Positions 49,930 to 59,725 of a stretch of 64,000 bases of DNA are shown here, piece by piece. The notes beneath the pieces are model-generated. The model did not search any database and was not told where the DNA came from. It was given only the letters and a program-made list of their open reading frames with translations. The translations under genes were made by a program, and so were the position numbers. Position 1 is the stretch's first letter. The number at the start of each line of letters is the position of its first letter. The stretch is from an uncultured Candidatus Rokubacteria bacterium (GTDB taxonomy: Bacteria; Methylomirabilota; Methylomirabilia; Rokubacteriales; DASRDR01). The stretch is from the NCBI GenBank assembly GCA_963708025.1, contig CAVPSB010000018.1, positions 352,001 through 416,000 on the forward strand. The letters run 5' to 3'.

Positions 49930-50499
49930 CTACCCGATCCTTCGACGGCCTTCGGCCTCTGGCCCCCCTCCCCCGACCGTTGGACGGCCTTCGGCCTGTG
50001 GCGGGGGGGAGGGGGGTGCCGGAGAGACCGATTCCTTTACGGGCTGTCTGTCCTGGCCTTCGAGCTGCGACCGCATCGCCGCTGCGAAGCGGTCCACGAT
50101 CTCCGCCCCCTTGCGCACGATGACGCTATGCCCGAGCGTCCCCAGCTTTCCCAGCACGGCGATCTCGGCGGCCAGTCGCAGCACGGTCCCGCCCTCGGCG
50201 GCGTCGAGCGATACGTCGAGGTCGACCTTGACGATGCCGTCGACGCTGGCGTCGCGGCCGCCGGCCCGCGCGCGCAGGCGCTCCGGCGGCTGGACGTCCA
50301 GGACCTCGATCTCCAGCGGGAACTGGACCTTGAACGGCCCCACCCGCTCGGCGACGACGGCGGCGTAGCGCTTCCCGTCCTCGAGGACGCGCACCTCCCG
50401 CGCCCCCGGGAGGCACGCCGCCAGCCGCGGCACGTCCCAGAGAAACGCCCAGACCGCCTCCCGCGGCGCTCCGATCCGGATCTCGCGCTCGACCTTCAC
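49930..50499 (-). CDS. CoxG/SRPBCC protein (in frame with upstream EutA-like ORF; repeat-derived C-terminus)
   Basis: APREAVWAFLWD...CLPG, VGPFK and GKLGTLG motifs. Confidence 0.85.
   Translation of the reverse strand: MKVEREIRIGAPREAVWAFLWDVPRLAACLPGAREVRVLEDGKRYAAVVAERVGPFKVQFPLEIEVLDVQPPERLRARAGGRDASVDGIVKVDLDVSLDAAEGGTVLRLAAEIAVLGKLGTLGHSVIVRKGAEIVDRFAAAMRSQLEGQDRQPVKESVSPAPPSPPPQAEGRPTVGGGGPEAEGRRRIG
49933..50017 (-). repeat. Repeat family C, copy 2
   Basis: B units at 49944-49962 and 49980-50000; the latter is identical (21/21) to revcomp of 5174-5194. Confidence 0.85.
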
Positions 50500-52023
50500 G
50501 GCTTCCCGGGACTCCGGGAGCGGCGCCGGGCGGAAGACGAGCGACTTGATCACCACGGGGACGATGCCCGAGACCGGCAGGGGCTCGCCGACGTCGATGT
50601 AGTCGAAGGTGGAGAGGTCCAGCTCGTCCACGGCCACCAGGTCCGGGCCGGCGCCCAGCTCCTCGACCAGGAGCCGCCCCACGAGGCGGGCGATGTCCCG
50701 GTCGAAGGCGAGCACGAGCGGCGCCGCCCGGCGCCCCAGCGCCGCCACCAGGCCCTCGCCGAGCGCCCGCAGCTCCTCGTAGCTCACCCCGAACCCCCAC
50801 CGGATCGCCAGCGCGATCGGGCCCTCGAGCCGCTCGGGGTCGTGGCCGTCCATCGCCGCCCGCACCGCCGCGGCGACCCCGGCCGCGCTCAGCGGGTCGC
50901 CCAGGCGGACCGGGAAGACCGGCAGGTTCCGGAGCTCGAGGCGGCCCGGTCCCGGGTGGAAGATCGTGCTGCCGCTGACCTGGACCGTGTACTGCGCGGC
51001 CCCGATGACCGTGGCGCGGATCCCCTCGTCGGGCTGGACCACGAGCGTGCCGAGCGAGTGCCCGTCGAGGCGCCGCCGGATCGCCTCGCCGAGCGGCCGG
51101 CCCAGGTCGCCGAAGCCGGCGCGCTCCCGGCCGTAGACGTACTCGGCGACGCCGCCGGAGAACATCAGGGCGGCGCTCGCCGCCGGGCCGGAGAGCGGCT
51201 CGGTGTGCATGAGGCGCCGGGTCAGGGGCGAGAGCGGGCGGCCCTCGATCACCTCGAAGAGGCAGTCGACCATCCGGGCGACCATGCCCTGGGCGAGCGG
51301 CGGGTCGACGCGGCCACCGACCGCGAGACGCCCGCCGGCGGCCTCGGCCAGCCAGGCGCCGGCCTCCTCGAGGCGGGCGACGCGGCCGTCCTCGTGGGCG
51401 AGGAGGCGGCCGCCCACGTTGAGCACGGCCGTGTCGACGACCTCCCCGCCCCGGCAGACCGCCAGCTTGGTCGTTCCCCCGCCGACGTCAACGTTGAGCA
51501 CGGTGCCGCCCTCCCGCGAGCGGGCGACGGCGCCGGAGCCGTGGGCGGCCATGATGGCCTCCAGCCGGGGGCCGGCGGCCGCGCACACGAACCGGCCGCC
51601 GTCCCGCGCGAAGAGCCGGAGGATCGCCTCGGCGTTCGTCTTCTTCGCCGCCTCCCCGGTGACGATCACGGCGCCGGTGTCCACCGCCTCGCGGGCGAGA
51701 CCGGCCTCCCGGTACGTCGCGTCGATGAACGCGCCCAGCCCCTCGGCGTCGATGGTGAGGGGATCGCGGTAGGGGGTCAGGAGGATCGGCGACTGGTGGA
51801 CGACCTCGCGCTCGACGACGCGGAACCGGCTGGAGAGGCTCATCCCCAGCCGGCGGAGGACGAGGCGCGAGAAGGTGAGGTGCGAGGTCGAGGAGCCGAT
51901 GTCGATACCGACGCTCGAGAGCTCGATCCGCTCCGCCGCCCAGACCGGATCCGACTCGTCCGGCAGCCCGTGGGGATCGCCCTCGTGGTCCCCGTGCTCG
52001 TGGGGATGGGGGAAGTCGTGCAT
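50500..52023 (-). CDS. EutA-like (ASKHA-fold reactivating factor) protein with His-rich N-terminus
   Basis: SVGIDIGSSTSHL, TGAVIVTGEAA, NVDVGGGTT, FSGGVAE, IRATVIGA and VPVVIKSLVF motifs. Confidence 0.88.
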
Positions 52024-53087
52024 CAGCGACGCGCGACGGCCGGCATGCGGCTCTTCACCCCCACCTTGCCGAGCTCGGTCTCGAACAGCTCGCGGACCGC
52101 CGGGTCCTCGTCCTCGTACTCGATCTGGTTGCCGCCGGTGGCCCGGTCCTGGGCGAGCGTGTCGTGCTTGTCGTCCATCTTGTGCTTGACGCTCCCCCAG
52201 CGGATCGCCAGGTAGCGGGCAGGGGCGGCCCCGGCGTTGAAGTGCTGGTGCCACCAGTAGTCGGGCGGCACGAAGACGCTCCCCTCGTGCCAGTCCACCT
52301 TCGTCCACCGGGCACCGTCCGGCCAGAGCAGGGAATAGCCGGTGCCGCTCAGGGTGATCACGTTGGCCCCCGGCCCGTGGCGGTGCGCCTTCTTGTAGGT
52401 CCCGACCGGGAACTCCGAGATGTGGGCGATCAGCGTGTTGTTGGCCAGCTCGAACATGACGTTGCTGCCGCCGGCGCCGCGCTCCTTCCACTCCATCAGC
52501 TGGAACCGCGCGACGTCGGGGATGAAGTTCGCCTCCCAGATCCGGCTGGCCAGGAACGTGCCCTTGCCGCTGAACGTCTCGGCCTCTCCGGTGAAGCGGT
52601 CGCGGAAGACGAAGGGGTTGTCGAAGACGAACTCCTGGTTGTGGAAGAGGTTCATGACCAGCGGCGCCGTGGTCACCGCGTAGTAGCGGGCGGCCTCCGC
52701 TCCCGAGGCGTTGAAGTGCTGGTAGAACGCGTTCAGGGGGATCGCGAAGAGGCTGCCGGCCTGCCACTCGAAGGTGACCCGGGGGCCATTCTCGATCCAC
52801 ACCGCGGTGGCGCCCCGCCCGGCCAGGACGTAGACGACCTCTTCGTAGAGGTGGCGCTGCGGCGCCAGCTTGCCGCCGGGGGGGATCTCGCACACGTAGG
52901 CGGCGTTGGTCCCCCCGGTGCCCTCCATGTCGATGAAGGCCGCGCGTCCGCCGGTGCGCGCCCACGGCTGGACCTTCACCGTGCGGAGGTCCTCGACGTG
53001 GAAGCCGCTCACCACCGGCAGCCCTTCGGCAGCCTGCCACTGCTGATAGCTGGTGCGCATCGTGGCCGGGCTGTTCGAGATCGGCAT
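52023..53087 (-). CDS. Bicupin protein
   Basis: EIPPGG..PQRHLYEE, YKKAHRHGPG and WWHQHFN motifs. Confidence 0.88.
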   Translation of the reverse strand: MPISNSPATMRTSYQQWQAAEGLPVVSGFHVEDLRTVKVQPWARTGGRAAFIDMEGTGGTNAAYVCEIPPGGKLAPQRHLYEEVVYVLAGRGATAVWIENGPRVTFEWQAGSLFAIPLNAFYQHFNASGAEAARYYAVTTAPLVMNLFHNQEFVFDNPFVFRDRFTGEAETFSGKGTFLASRIWEANFIPDVARFQLMEWKERGAGGSNVMFELANNTLIAHISEFPVGTYKKAHRHGPGANVITLSGTGYSLLWPDGARWTKVDWHEGSVFVPPDYWWHQHFNAGAAPARYLAIRWGSVKHKMDDKHDTLAQDRATGGNQIEYEDEDPAVRELFETELGKVGVKSRMPAVARR

Positions 53088-53171
53088 GCACGCCTCCCGA
53101 GGCTGACTGGTCGGAGCCGAGCGCTTTATGGTAGGGTACTGCGCGCGAAAGCGTCAAGGCGACCCCGACCC

Positions 53172-54140
53172 ATGGCGACACTCCATCTGACGCTGGCCTG
53201 TGGCGACTACGACCGCGCGCTCGCGCTCAAGACCGGCGCCGTGCGGCCGGACGGCGTCGAGCTCGAGGTGCTGAATCTCACCCCGGAAGAGACGTTCTAT
53301 CGCATGGGTCGGTTCCGCGAGTTCGACGTCTCGGAGTTCTCGCTGTCCACCTACACCGTGCTCCGGGGTCGTGGCGAACCCATCGTCGCCATCCCGGTGT
53401 TCCCGTCGTTCATGTTCCGCCACGGCGCCGTCTTCGTGCGCGACGACGCGGGCATCCGGGAGCCCGGCGACCTCCGCGGCAAGCGCGTCGGCGTGCCGAA
53501 GTACCACATGACCGCCGCGGTGTGGGTGCGGGGCATCCTCGAGGACGAGTACGGGCTGGCGCCCAGGGACTGCCTCTGGTTCGAGGGCGGCGAGGGAACG
53601 AAGGTCAAGGAGGTGGACGTGACGCTGCCGCCGGAGATCCGGCGGGAGACGGTGGCTGGCGACCGGAACCTCGGGGACATGGTGGCCGCGGGCGAGCTGG
53701 ACGCCTTCATCGGCGCCCGCCGGCCCGCCGCCTTCGGCACCGGGCGCGTCCGCCGGCTCTTCCCCGATTTTCGGCGGGCCGAGCGGGCGTACTACGAGAA
53801 GACCAGGATCTTTCCGATCATGCACACCGTCGTGCTGCGGGAGGAGCTGGCCCGGGAGCATCCGTGGCTCCCCCAGAGCCTCTACCGCGCCTTCGTCGAG
53901 GCCAAGCTCCGCGCCTACCGGCGCCTGGACGAGTCGGCCGCCCTGCCGTACGCGGTGCCGTGGCTCATGGCCGAGGTCGAGGAAACGCGGGCGCTCATGG
54001 GCGACGACCCGTTCCCCTACGGCGTCGCCCGGAACCGCAAGACCCTGGAGACGCTGGCCGGCTACACCTTCCGCCAGGGGCTCGCCCCGCGCCGCCTGAC
54101 GATCGAGGAGATGTTCTCGGAGTCGACCCTCGGCACCTAA
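53172..54140 (+). CDS. 4,5-dihydroxyphthalate decarboxylase-like (PhtD/OphC-like, SBP-fold) protein
   Basis: LACGDYDR, FDVSEFSLS, PVFP, TAAVWVRGIL, IFPIMH and DPFPYG motifs. Confidence 0.8.
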   Translation: MATLHLTLACGDYDRALALKTGAVRPDGVELEVLNLTPEETFYRMGRFREFDVSEFSLSTYTVLRGRGEPIVAIPVFPSFMFRHGAVFVRDDAGIREPGDLRGKRVGVPKYHMTAAVWVRGILEDEYGLAPRDCLWFEGGEGTKVKEVDVTLPPEIRRETVAGDRNLGDMVAAGELDAFIGARRPAAFGTGRVRRLFPDFRRAERAYYEKTRIFPIMHTVVLREELAREHPWLPQSLYRAFVEAKLRAYRRLDESAALPYAVPWLMAEVEETRALMGDDPFPYGVARNRKTLETLAGYTFRQGLAPRRLTIEEMFSESTLGT

Positions 54141-54235
54141 GATCCGGCGTCCCAGTGCCGGCGCCTCCGATTCCCCCGCCGGTCGGTTTCTCGCAACCCT
54201 CTGGCTCTGGTCGCGCGGCCCTGGTGTTCCGCTTC

Positions 54236-54307
54236 GAGCCGCGGCTTCGCCGCGGCCTCCGAGGGGGGGGCATCGGGGGGGTCTTCCGAGACCCCTCCGA
54301 AGGTCTC
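54236..54307. repeat. GC-rich double hairpin between convergent genes (REP-like or terminator)
   Basis: CCGCGGC-TTC-GCCGCGG followed by TCGGGGGGGTCT-TCCG-AGACCCCTCCGA. Confidence 0.55.
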
Positions 54308-55136
54308 AGCCGCTCAGCGACTCGATCGCCCGGACCTCGTCGTCGGAGAGCGTCAGCTCGTGGCTGGCCAGGTCCTGCTGCATGTGCTCGGCGTCGGTGG
54401 TGCCGGTCAGCGGCAGCATCCCGACCGCCTGCGCGAAGCGGAACACGACCTGGGCCCGCGTGGCCCGGCCTCGCGCGGCGATGCCGCCGACCAGCGGGTG
54501 GCCCAGCACCTCCGGGTTGGCGGTGAGCAGCGAGAAGCCCTGGTAGACGATCTGCCGATCCTCGCAGAACGATCGAACGTCGCGGTCCCAGCCGAGGCGG
54601 GCGAAGCAGCGGTTCTGCACGAAGGTGGGGGCCTCGGCGCCGGTCCGCGCCATCTGCTCGAGGTGTCGCAGGGAGACGTTGCTCACGCCGAGGAACCTCG
54701 TGCGCCCGGCGTCGCGCTCCCGTAGCATCGCCTTCCAGACCTGCCCGTCGTCCTCGGTCCAGCCGCGTCCGGACGCGGGCCCATGCAGCACGTAGCTGTC
54801 GACGTGGTCGGTTCCGAGGTGCTCCAGCGAGCTGGCCATCGACTGGGCGACCTGGGTGGCGAGGTCGGCCGCGGGATCGTAGGGCAGCCGGTGGTCCTGG
54901 CCGGCCTGATAGGTGAATTTCGATTGCAGGAAGAGATCCGCGCGCGTGACGACGCCGGCGCGGTACGCCGCGGCCAGCCCCTGGCCGACGCCGGCCTCGA
55001 AGTAGTGTCGCCGCTGATTCGCGGTGTCGATGCCCCGGAAGCCCGTCCGGAGCGCGAGCTCGGTCAGCGCCGGGGTCCGGTCCTCCTTCCACGCGGTGCC
55101 GTAGAGGAAACGGACGGCAGGTGGGGTCGGAGCCAT
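54306..55136 (-). CDS. Aldo/keto reductase
   Basis: YGTAW, GFRGIDTA, FLQSKF, DSYVLHGP and LGVSN motifs. Confidence 0.9.
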   Translation of the reverse strand: MAPTPPAVRFLYGTAWKEDRTPALTELALRTGFRGIDTANQRRHYFEAGVGQGLAAAYRAGVVTRADLFLQSKFTYQAGQDHRLPYDPAADLATQVAQSMASSLEHLGTDHVDSYVLHGPASGRGWTEDDGQVWKAMLRERDAGRTRFLGVSNVSLRHLEQMARTGAEAPTFVQNRCFARLGWDRDVRSFCEDRQIVYQGFSLLTANPEVLGHPLVGGIAARGRATRAQVVFRFAQAVGMLPLTGTTDAEHMQQDLASHELTLSDDEVRAIESLSG

Positions 55137-55228
55137 GGCTGCAGATCCTAGCAGCAGCGCGGAGGTGACACCAGGGCCCTCGGCCGGCCCCCCTCGGCGG
55201 CTATAATCGCCGCGGGACTGGGTCAGGA

Positions 55229-56221
55229 ATGGCCGAGCGCGTGCGCGTTGACATCCGTGTCCCGGTGGGCTTGCCGATGGGGCCGCTCGCCGACTTCATC
55301 GCGCGCTGCGAGGACGCCGGCTTCGACGGGGTGGGCGTCCACGATCACCCCCACAGCGGCCGCGACGCCTACGTGACCCTGGCACTCGCCGCCGCCCGGA
55401 CCCGGCGGCTCCGGCTCTATCCGGCGACCTCGAGCCCCGTCGTGCGCCACCCGGTGCTGCTCGCGTCCCTGGTCCAGAGTCTCGACGAGATCGCGCCCGG
55501 GCGGATCTGCCTGACGCTCGCGCCGGGCTTCCTTTCGGCGCGCAGCGTCGGCCGGCCGCGCGCCACGCTGGCGACGATGCGCGAGGCCGTCCTGTCGGTC
55601 CGCCGGCTCCTGGCCGGGGAGGCGATGTCGATCGGCGCCTCCGCGACCCGGCTCCGGAACGTTCCCTCCCGGCCCGTTCCCGTGTACCTGCTGGCCGCGG
55701 GCCCACGCATGGTCGAGCTGGCGGGAGAGGTCGCCGACGGCGCGTTGATCCTGGCCGGCGTTCACGCCGGCGCGGTCCGGGCGGCGCGGGAGCACCTCCA
55801 GGAAGGGGCGCGACGGGCGGGACGCTCGCTGACCGGGTTTCCGCTCGTCTTCATCGTTCCCATCGCCCTGGAGGCGACGGTCGAGGCGGCCCGTCAGTGG
55901 CCGCGCCGGTGGTTCGCCCCGGGACACCCGTGGCTGACCTACCCGAGCGCGTCCAACCTGTACTGGCTGCGCCGCGCCGGGCTCGAGCTCCCGGCCGCGC
56001 CGGAGCCCGAGGCGATCTCCGAGGACCTCGCCGCCCGCGTCGCCGACGCCTTCGGGCTCTTCGGCCCGCCCGAGCACTGCCGCGAGCGGCTCTTGCGGGC
56101 CCGGGAGGAGGCGGGGATCGAGCACGTCTTCCTCTTCCCGGCCCACACCCTGGAGGGGGGCTACGACATGCCCGCCCGCGAGGTCGAGGCGTTCCAGCGC
56201 GTGATCCGGCCGGGGCTCTAG
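55229..56221 (+). CDS. LLM-class flavin/F420-dependent oxidoreductase
   Basis: EDAGFDGV, RHPVLLAS and PVYLLAAGPRMVELAGEVADG; TATAAT at 55202-55207. Confidence 0.88.
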   Translation: MAERVRVDIRVPVGLPMGPLADFIARCEDAGFDGVGVHDHPHSGRDAYVTLALAAARTRRLRLYPATSSPVVRHPVLLASLVQSLDEIAPGRICLTLAPGFLSARSVGRPRATLATMREAVLSVRRLLAGEAMSIGASATRLRNVPSRPVPVYLLAAGPRMVELAGEVADGALILAGVHAGAVRAAREHLQEGARRAGRSLTGFPLVFIVPIALEATVEAARQWPRRWFAPGHPWLTYPSASNLYWLRRAGLELPAAPEPEAISEDLAARVADAFGLFGPPEHCRERLLRAREEAGIEHVFLFPAHTLEGGYDMPAREVEAFQRVIRPGL

Positions 56222-56292
56222 CTGCCCGCTCGGCCAGGACGCCGCCCGTCCGATCTTCCGGGCGCTGCTCCCGGCCGACGGACGCGCGGGGC

Positions 56293-56859
56293 CTATTCCG
56301 TGGCTCTCACCTCTCCGAGGCGCTGGCGCAGAGGCTCCGGGAGCTGGGCTTCTAGCTCCTTCGTGATGAGCCCGACGGCATCCAGGTCCTGGACGTGGAC
56401 GCGGTCCTTCAGACGATAGCTCGTGAGCTTCATTCGAACGAGGTCCGCCACGGGTGCGAGGAGAACGCCTTCCCGGGTCCGGACGGGCGGCGAGAAGCCA
56501 GGGACCGGCTCGAGGTAGTCGGGACGCACTTTCTCGCGCACGAAGACCAGGTGCACGGCGCTCCGCGCACTCGGCTCCCTGGCGTCGACGAGCATGTCCA
56601 CGCCGGCGGCGTGACGATACGCGAAGCCGGAGGGCCGGACAGCCTCGATGATCGCTCCGAGTTGCGCACGGTCGACGGCGACGTCGACGTCCCGGGTCGA
56701 CCGCGCGGCGAGGGGGTCGCGATCGGACACGTGGAAGAAGACCGCCAGGCCGCCGATCAGCCGATATTCGATCCGCGCCTGGTCCAAGGCCCGGGCCAGG
56801 CGTCGTACGGTGTCGAAGAGTTGCTCCACGTGTCGATCGTAAGCGGCGATTGTCGGCAC
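56293..56859 (-). CDS. Nucleotidyltransferase-fold hypothetical protein
   Basis: YRLIGGLAV...RSTRDVDV and LVRMKLTSYRLKDRVHVQDL; atypical codon usage. Confidence 0.7.
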   Translation of the reverse strand: MPTIAAYDRHVEQLFDTVRRLARALDQARIEYRLIGGLAVFFHVSDRDPLAARSTRDVDVAVDRAQLGAIIEAVRPSGFAYRHAAGVDMLVDAREPSARSAVHLVFVREKVRPDYLEPVPGFSPPVRTREGVLLAPVADLVRMKLTSYRLKDRVHVQDLDAVGLITKELEAQLPEPLRQRLGEVRATE

Positions 56860-56911
56860 GGCGTCAGGGCGATTATCTCATGGTTACGCTGGGCTCCCCG
56901 ACCGAGCAGGG

Positions 56912-57472
56912 TCACTTGTCCAGCCAGACCTCCTGCATGCGGCCGTAGTTGTAGATCGACTGGTGGGGGACCAGGTTCTTCAGCCGGACGCCCACGGCCG
57001 CCAGCGCCTCGAAGTCGTCCTCCACGAGCCCCGGCACCAGGAGGAGGGTGCCGGCGTGCACCCTGACGCCGGACGGGCGGTGGTTGTCCCAGCAGCGCCT
57101 GGCCAGGTGGGCGAGCGCGACGGCCGTGCGGGCGTCGGGCGGCGTCGGCAGCCCGGGCAGGTGGAGCTCGCCCGCCGAGACGAGCGCGGTGACCCCGCCG
57201 TGGAGGTAGTGCGTGATCCAGCCGAGCGCGTTCTGGGCCGGGGTGAAGTCGCCGAACGTCGGATGGGAGTGGGAGTCGATCAGCCCCGGGATGGCGGTGG
57301 TGCCGCGGGCGTCGATGACGACGCCGGCGGTCCGGCTCAGGCTCGATCCGATCTCGCGGATCCGGCCGTCCTCGATGAAGATCGAGTCGGCGCGCCGGAG
57401 GGGGCGGGTGTGGTCCCCCGTCACCAGCGCGCCGATGTTCCGGATCAGGCAGGTGGGGGCGGCCGGGCTCAC
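56912..57472 (-). pseudogene. Truncated enamidase-like amidohydrolase fused to a foreign C-terminal tail
   Basis: IRNIGALVTGD, PGLIDSHSH and LHGGVT; only ~186 aa; ends KNLVPHQSIYNYGRMQEVWLDK. Confidence 0.7.
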
Positions 57473-58479
57473 GACGTGACGGCGCCGGCCGGGCGCAGGA
57501 TCTCCTCGGCGATCATCTGGAGGTACTCGACGCGCGCCTTGACCTCGCGCGGCAGGCTGTAGATCGTGAAGCCGACCCCGTTGACGCCCATGGCCCGGGC
57601 CCGCGCCAGCGTCTCCACGCAGTCGGCCGGGGTCCCAGCGACGGTCCAGCTCTCGAGCGGGACGTCGAAGCCGAGCTGGAGCTCCATCATCGTCGGCTCC
57701 TGCATCTCCCACGCGCGGTACATGGCGAAGGTCTTCTCGAGGTAGGCCCGGGCGGTGGCCGCCGCCGCCTCCCGGCTCGGGCCGACGATCAGGGCGCGGG
57801 ACGCGCACACGGTCCCCGGCGTCGCCGCGCCCGCGGCCTGCCGCGCCTCGCGGAAGACCGGGGTCAGCGTGGCGACCGCGTCCCAGGCGAGCTGGGGGCC
57901 GAAGAAGACGCCGTCGGTCAGCCGCGCCGCGCGGCGGGTGGCGCCGACGCTCTGGGCGCCCATCTCGAGCGGCGGGTGGGGACGCTGGCAGGGCGTGAAG
58001 CCGAGCCGCCCGGCGGTCACGCGGGTGTACCGGCCCTCGAACGTCACCTCCTCGCCCGCCCAGAGCCGCTTCATCAGCCCGAGCGATTCCTCGAGCTTCG
58101 GCACCCGGTCCTTGCGGTCGAGCCCGGCGGCCTCCAGCTCCTTCTCGCGGTAGCCGATGGCCACGCCCACGTCCAGCCGCCCGTGGGTGATGTGGTCGAG
58201 GGTGACGATGTTCTCCGCGGCCTCCACCGGGTTCACGAGCGGCAGCAGGAGCATCGAGGTCTTCAGGCGCATCCGGCCCGTCTCCGGCGCCAGCCGCGCC
58301 AGCACCGGGAACGGCTGCGGCCACACGGTCGGATGCGAGAGGGCGTGGTGGCCGATCGAGACCCAGGCGAAGCCCATCGGGGCCGCGGCGGCGACGACCT
58401 CGATCGCCTCGTCGATGATCCGGGTGGGGTGACGGTCGGTCGGGCTCCAGAACGGCGTGAGGTGGAAGCCGATGCGCAT
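57469..58479 (-). CDS. LLM-class flavin-dependent oxidoreductase
   Basis: GFAWVSIGHH, NPVEAAE...LDHITHGRL and PCQRPHPP motifs. Confidence 0.88.
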   Translation of the reverse strand: MRIGFHLTPFWSPTDRHPTRIIDEAIEVVAAAAPMGFAWVSIGHHALSHPTVWPQPFPVLARLAPETGRMRLKTSMLLLPLVNPVEAAENIVTLDHITHGRLDVGVAIGYREKELEAAGLDRKDRVPKLEESLGLMKRLWAGEEVTFEGRYTRVTAGRLGFTPCQRPHPPLEMGAQSVGATRRAARLTDGVFFGPQLAWDAVATLTPVFREARQAAGAATPGTVCASRALIVGPSREAAAATARAYLEKTFAMYRAWEMQEPTMMELQLGFDVPLESWTVAGTPADCVETLARARAMGVNGVGFTIYSLPREVKARVEYLQMIAEEILRPAGAVTS

Positions 58480-58495
58480 CGACTTCCCGAAGACG

Positions 58496-59725
58496 CTAGT
58501 AATCCTGGCGGGGGCCGTCGGCGCCCTTCGGGTCGAGCGAGACGCGCCGGAGCTGGTCGAGGACGTAGTCGCGGAGCGTCCGGGGCGGCGGCAGGTCGCG
58601 GACCAGCCGTCCCTGCGCGATCAGCGGCTTGAGGAGGCTCTCGTACTCGCCCCCGCACCCGCAGCGCGTCCGCGGCTGGTGGGCGGGCACCACGACCGTG
58701 CGCCAGCACGCCCGGCACCGGTAGACGAGCTTGGAGCCGGAGCGCTTCCCGCGCTTGGCCATGGGCCGCCCGTCGATCTCCATGATGTCGAGCGCGAAGT
58801 TCAGCACCGGCGCGTTGGCGATGGCGGTGCCCACCCCGTAGGCGTCCACGAGCGGGTTCAGGCGCGGCATCAGGTACTCGTCGATCCCGCCGGAGGCGAT
58901 CAGCTTCACGTGCCCGAACCCCCGGTAGTCCAGCTCCCAGCGCACCTCCTCGAGGATCCGGTAGAAGTCGCCGCGACGGGAGGACGGCGTGTCGAGGCGG
59001 ACCGCGTAGAGGTCGCGACCAAGGGCCTCGGCCACCCGGATGGCCTCGAACTTCTCGTCCTGGAGCGTGTCGATGAGGGCCACCCGGCGCACCTTCGGGT
59101 CGACCACCTCGTGGAAGGCGCGGAGGGCCTCCACCGTGTCCCCGATCATGAGGACCAGCGAGTGGGGGATCGTTCCCATCGGATCGGCCTCGATCAGCTC
59201 GGCGGCCTTCGTCACCGCCACCCCGTCGCAGCCGCCGACGAAGGCGTTGCGCTCGATCATGGGCGCGATCCCCGGGTGCATCCGGCGGGCGCCGAAGCTG
59301 ATCACCTGCCGGTCACCCGCCGCCTTCTTGCAGCGGGCGGCCTTGGTCGCGATGCCCGAGGCCTGGCAGACGAGCCCCAGCAGGGCGGTCTCGTACTCGG
59401 CCCAGTCGACGTACACGCCCTCGATCGTCAGGACGGGCTCGTAGGCGCCGAAGACGGTGCCCTCCTCCATCGTGGTGACGTCGACCGGCAGGCCCTGGAG
59501 GAGGCGGGCCACCTCCTCGATGCCGGCCAGGATGCCCCAGCTCCAGTCGTCGGGGAGGCTCTTGAGCCGGACCTCGGCCTTGACGCGCGTCCGGACGCCG
59601 CGTGCGCGCAGGATCTGGACGGTACGGTTGAAGTAGACGTCGGTGACGGCGCCGCTCTTGATCTCCTCCGGGCTGGCCAGGTGGAAGAGGGGCTTGGGCG
59701 GGTCCCCTCCGGGGCGGGCCGTCAT
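58496..59725 (-). CDS. pncB: Nicotinate phosphoribosyltransferase
   Basis: TDVYF, SFGARR, GTIPHS, LIDT, VRLDTPSSRRG, SGG and YGVGT motifs; C-terminal Cys cluster. Confidence 0.92.
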   Translation of the reverse strand: MTARPGGDPPKPLFHLASPEEIKSGAVTDVYFNRTVQILRARGVRTRVKAEVRLKSLPDDWSWGILAGIEEVARLLQGLPVDVTTMEEGTVFGAYEPVLTIEGVYVDWAEYETALLGLVCQASGIATKAARCKKAAGDRQVISFGARRMHPGIAPMIERNAFVGGCDGVAVTKAAELIEADPMGTIPHSLVLMIGDTVEALRAFHEVVDPKVRRVALIDTLQDEKFEAIRVAEALGRDLYAVRLDTPSSRRGDFYRILEEVRWELDYRGFGHVKLIASGGIDEYLMPRLNPLVDAYGVGTAIANAPVLNFALDIMEIDGRPMAKRGKRSGSKLVYRCRACWRTVVVPAHQPRTRCGCGGEYESLLKPLIAQGRLVRDLPPPRTLRDYVLDQLRRVSLDPKGADGPRQDY

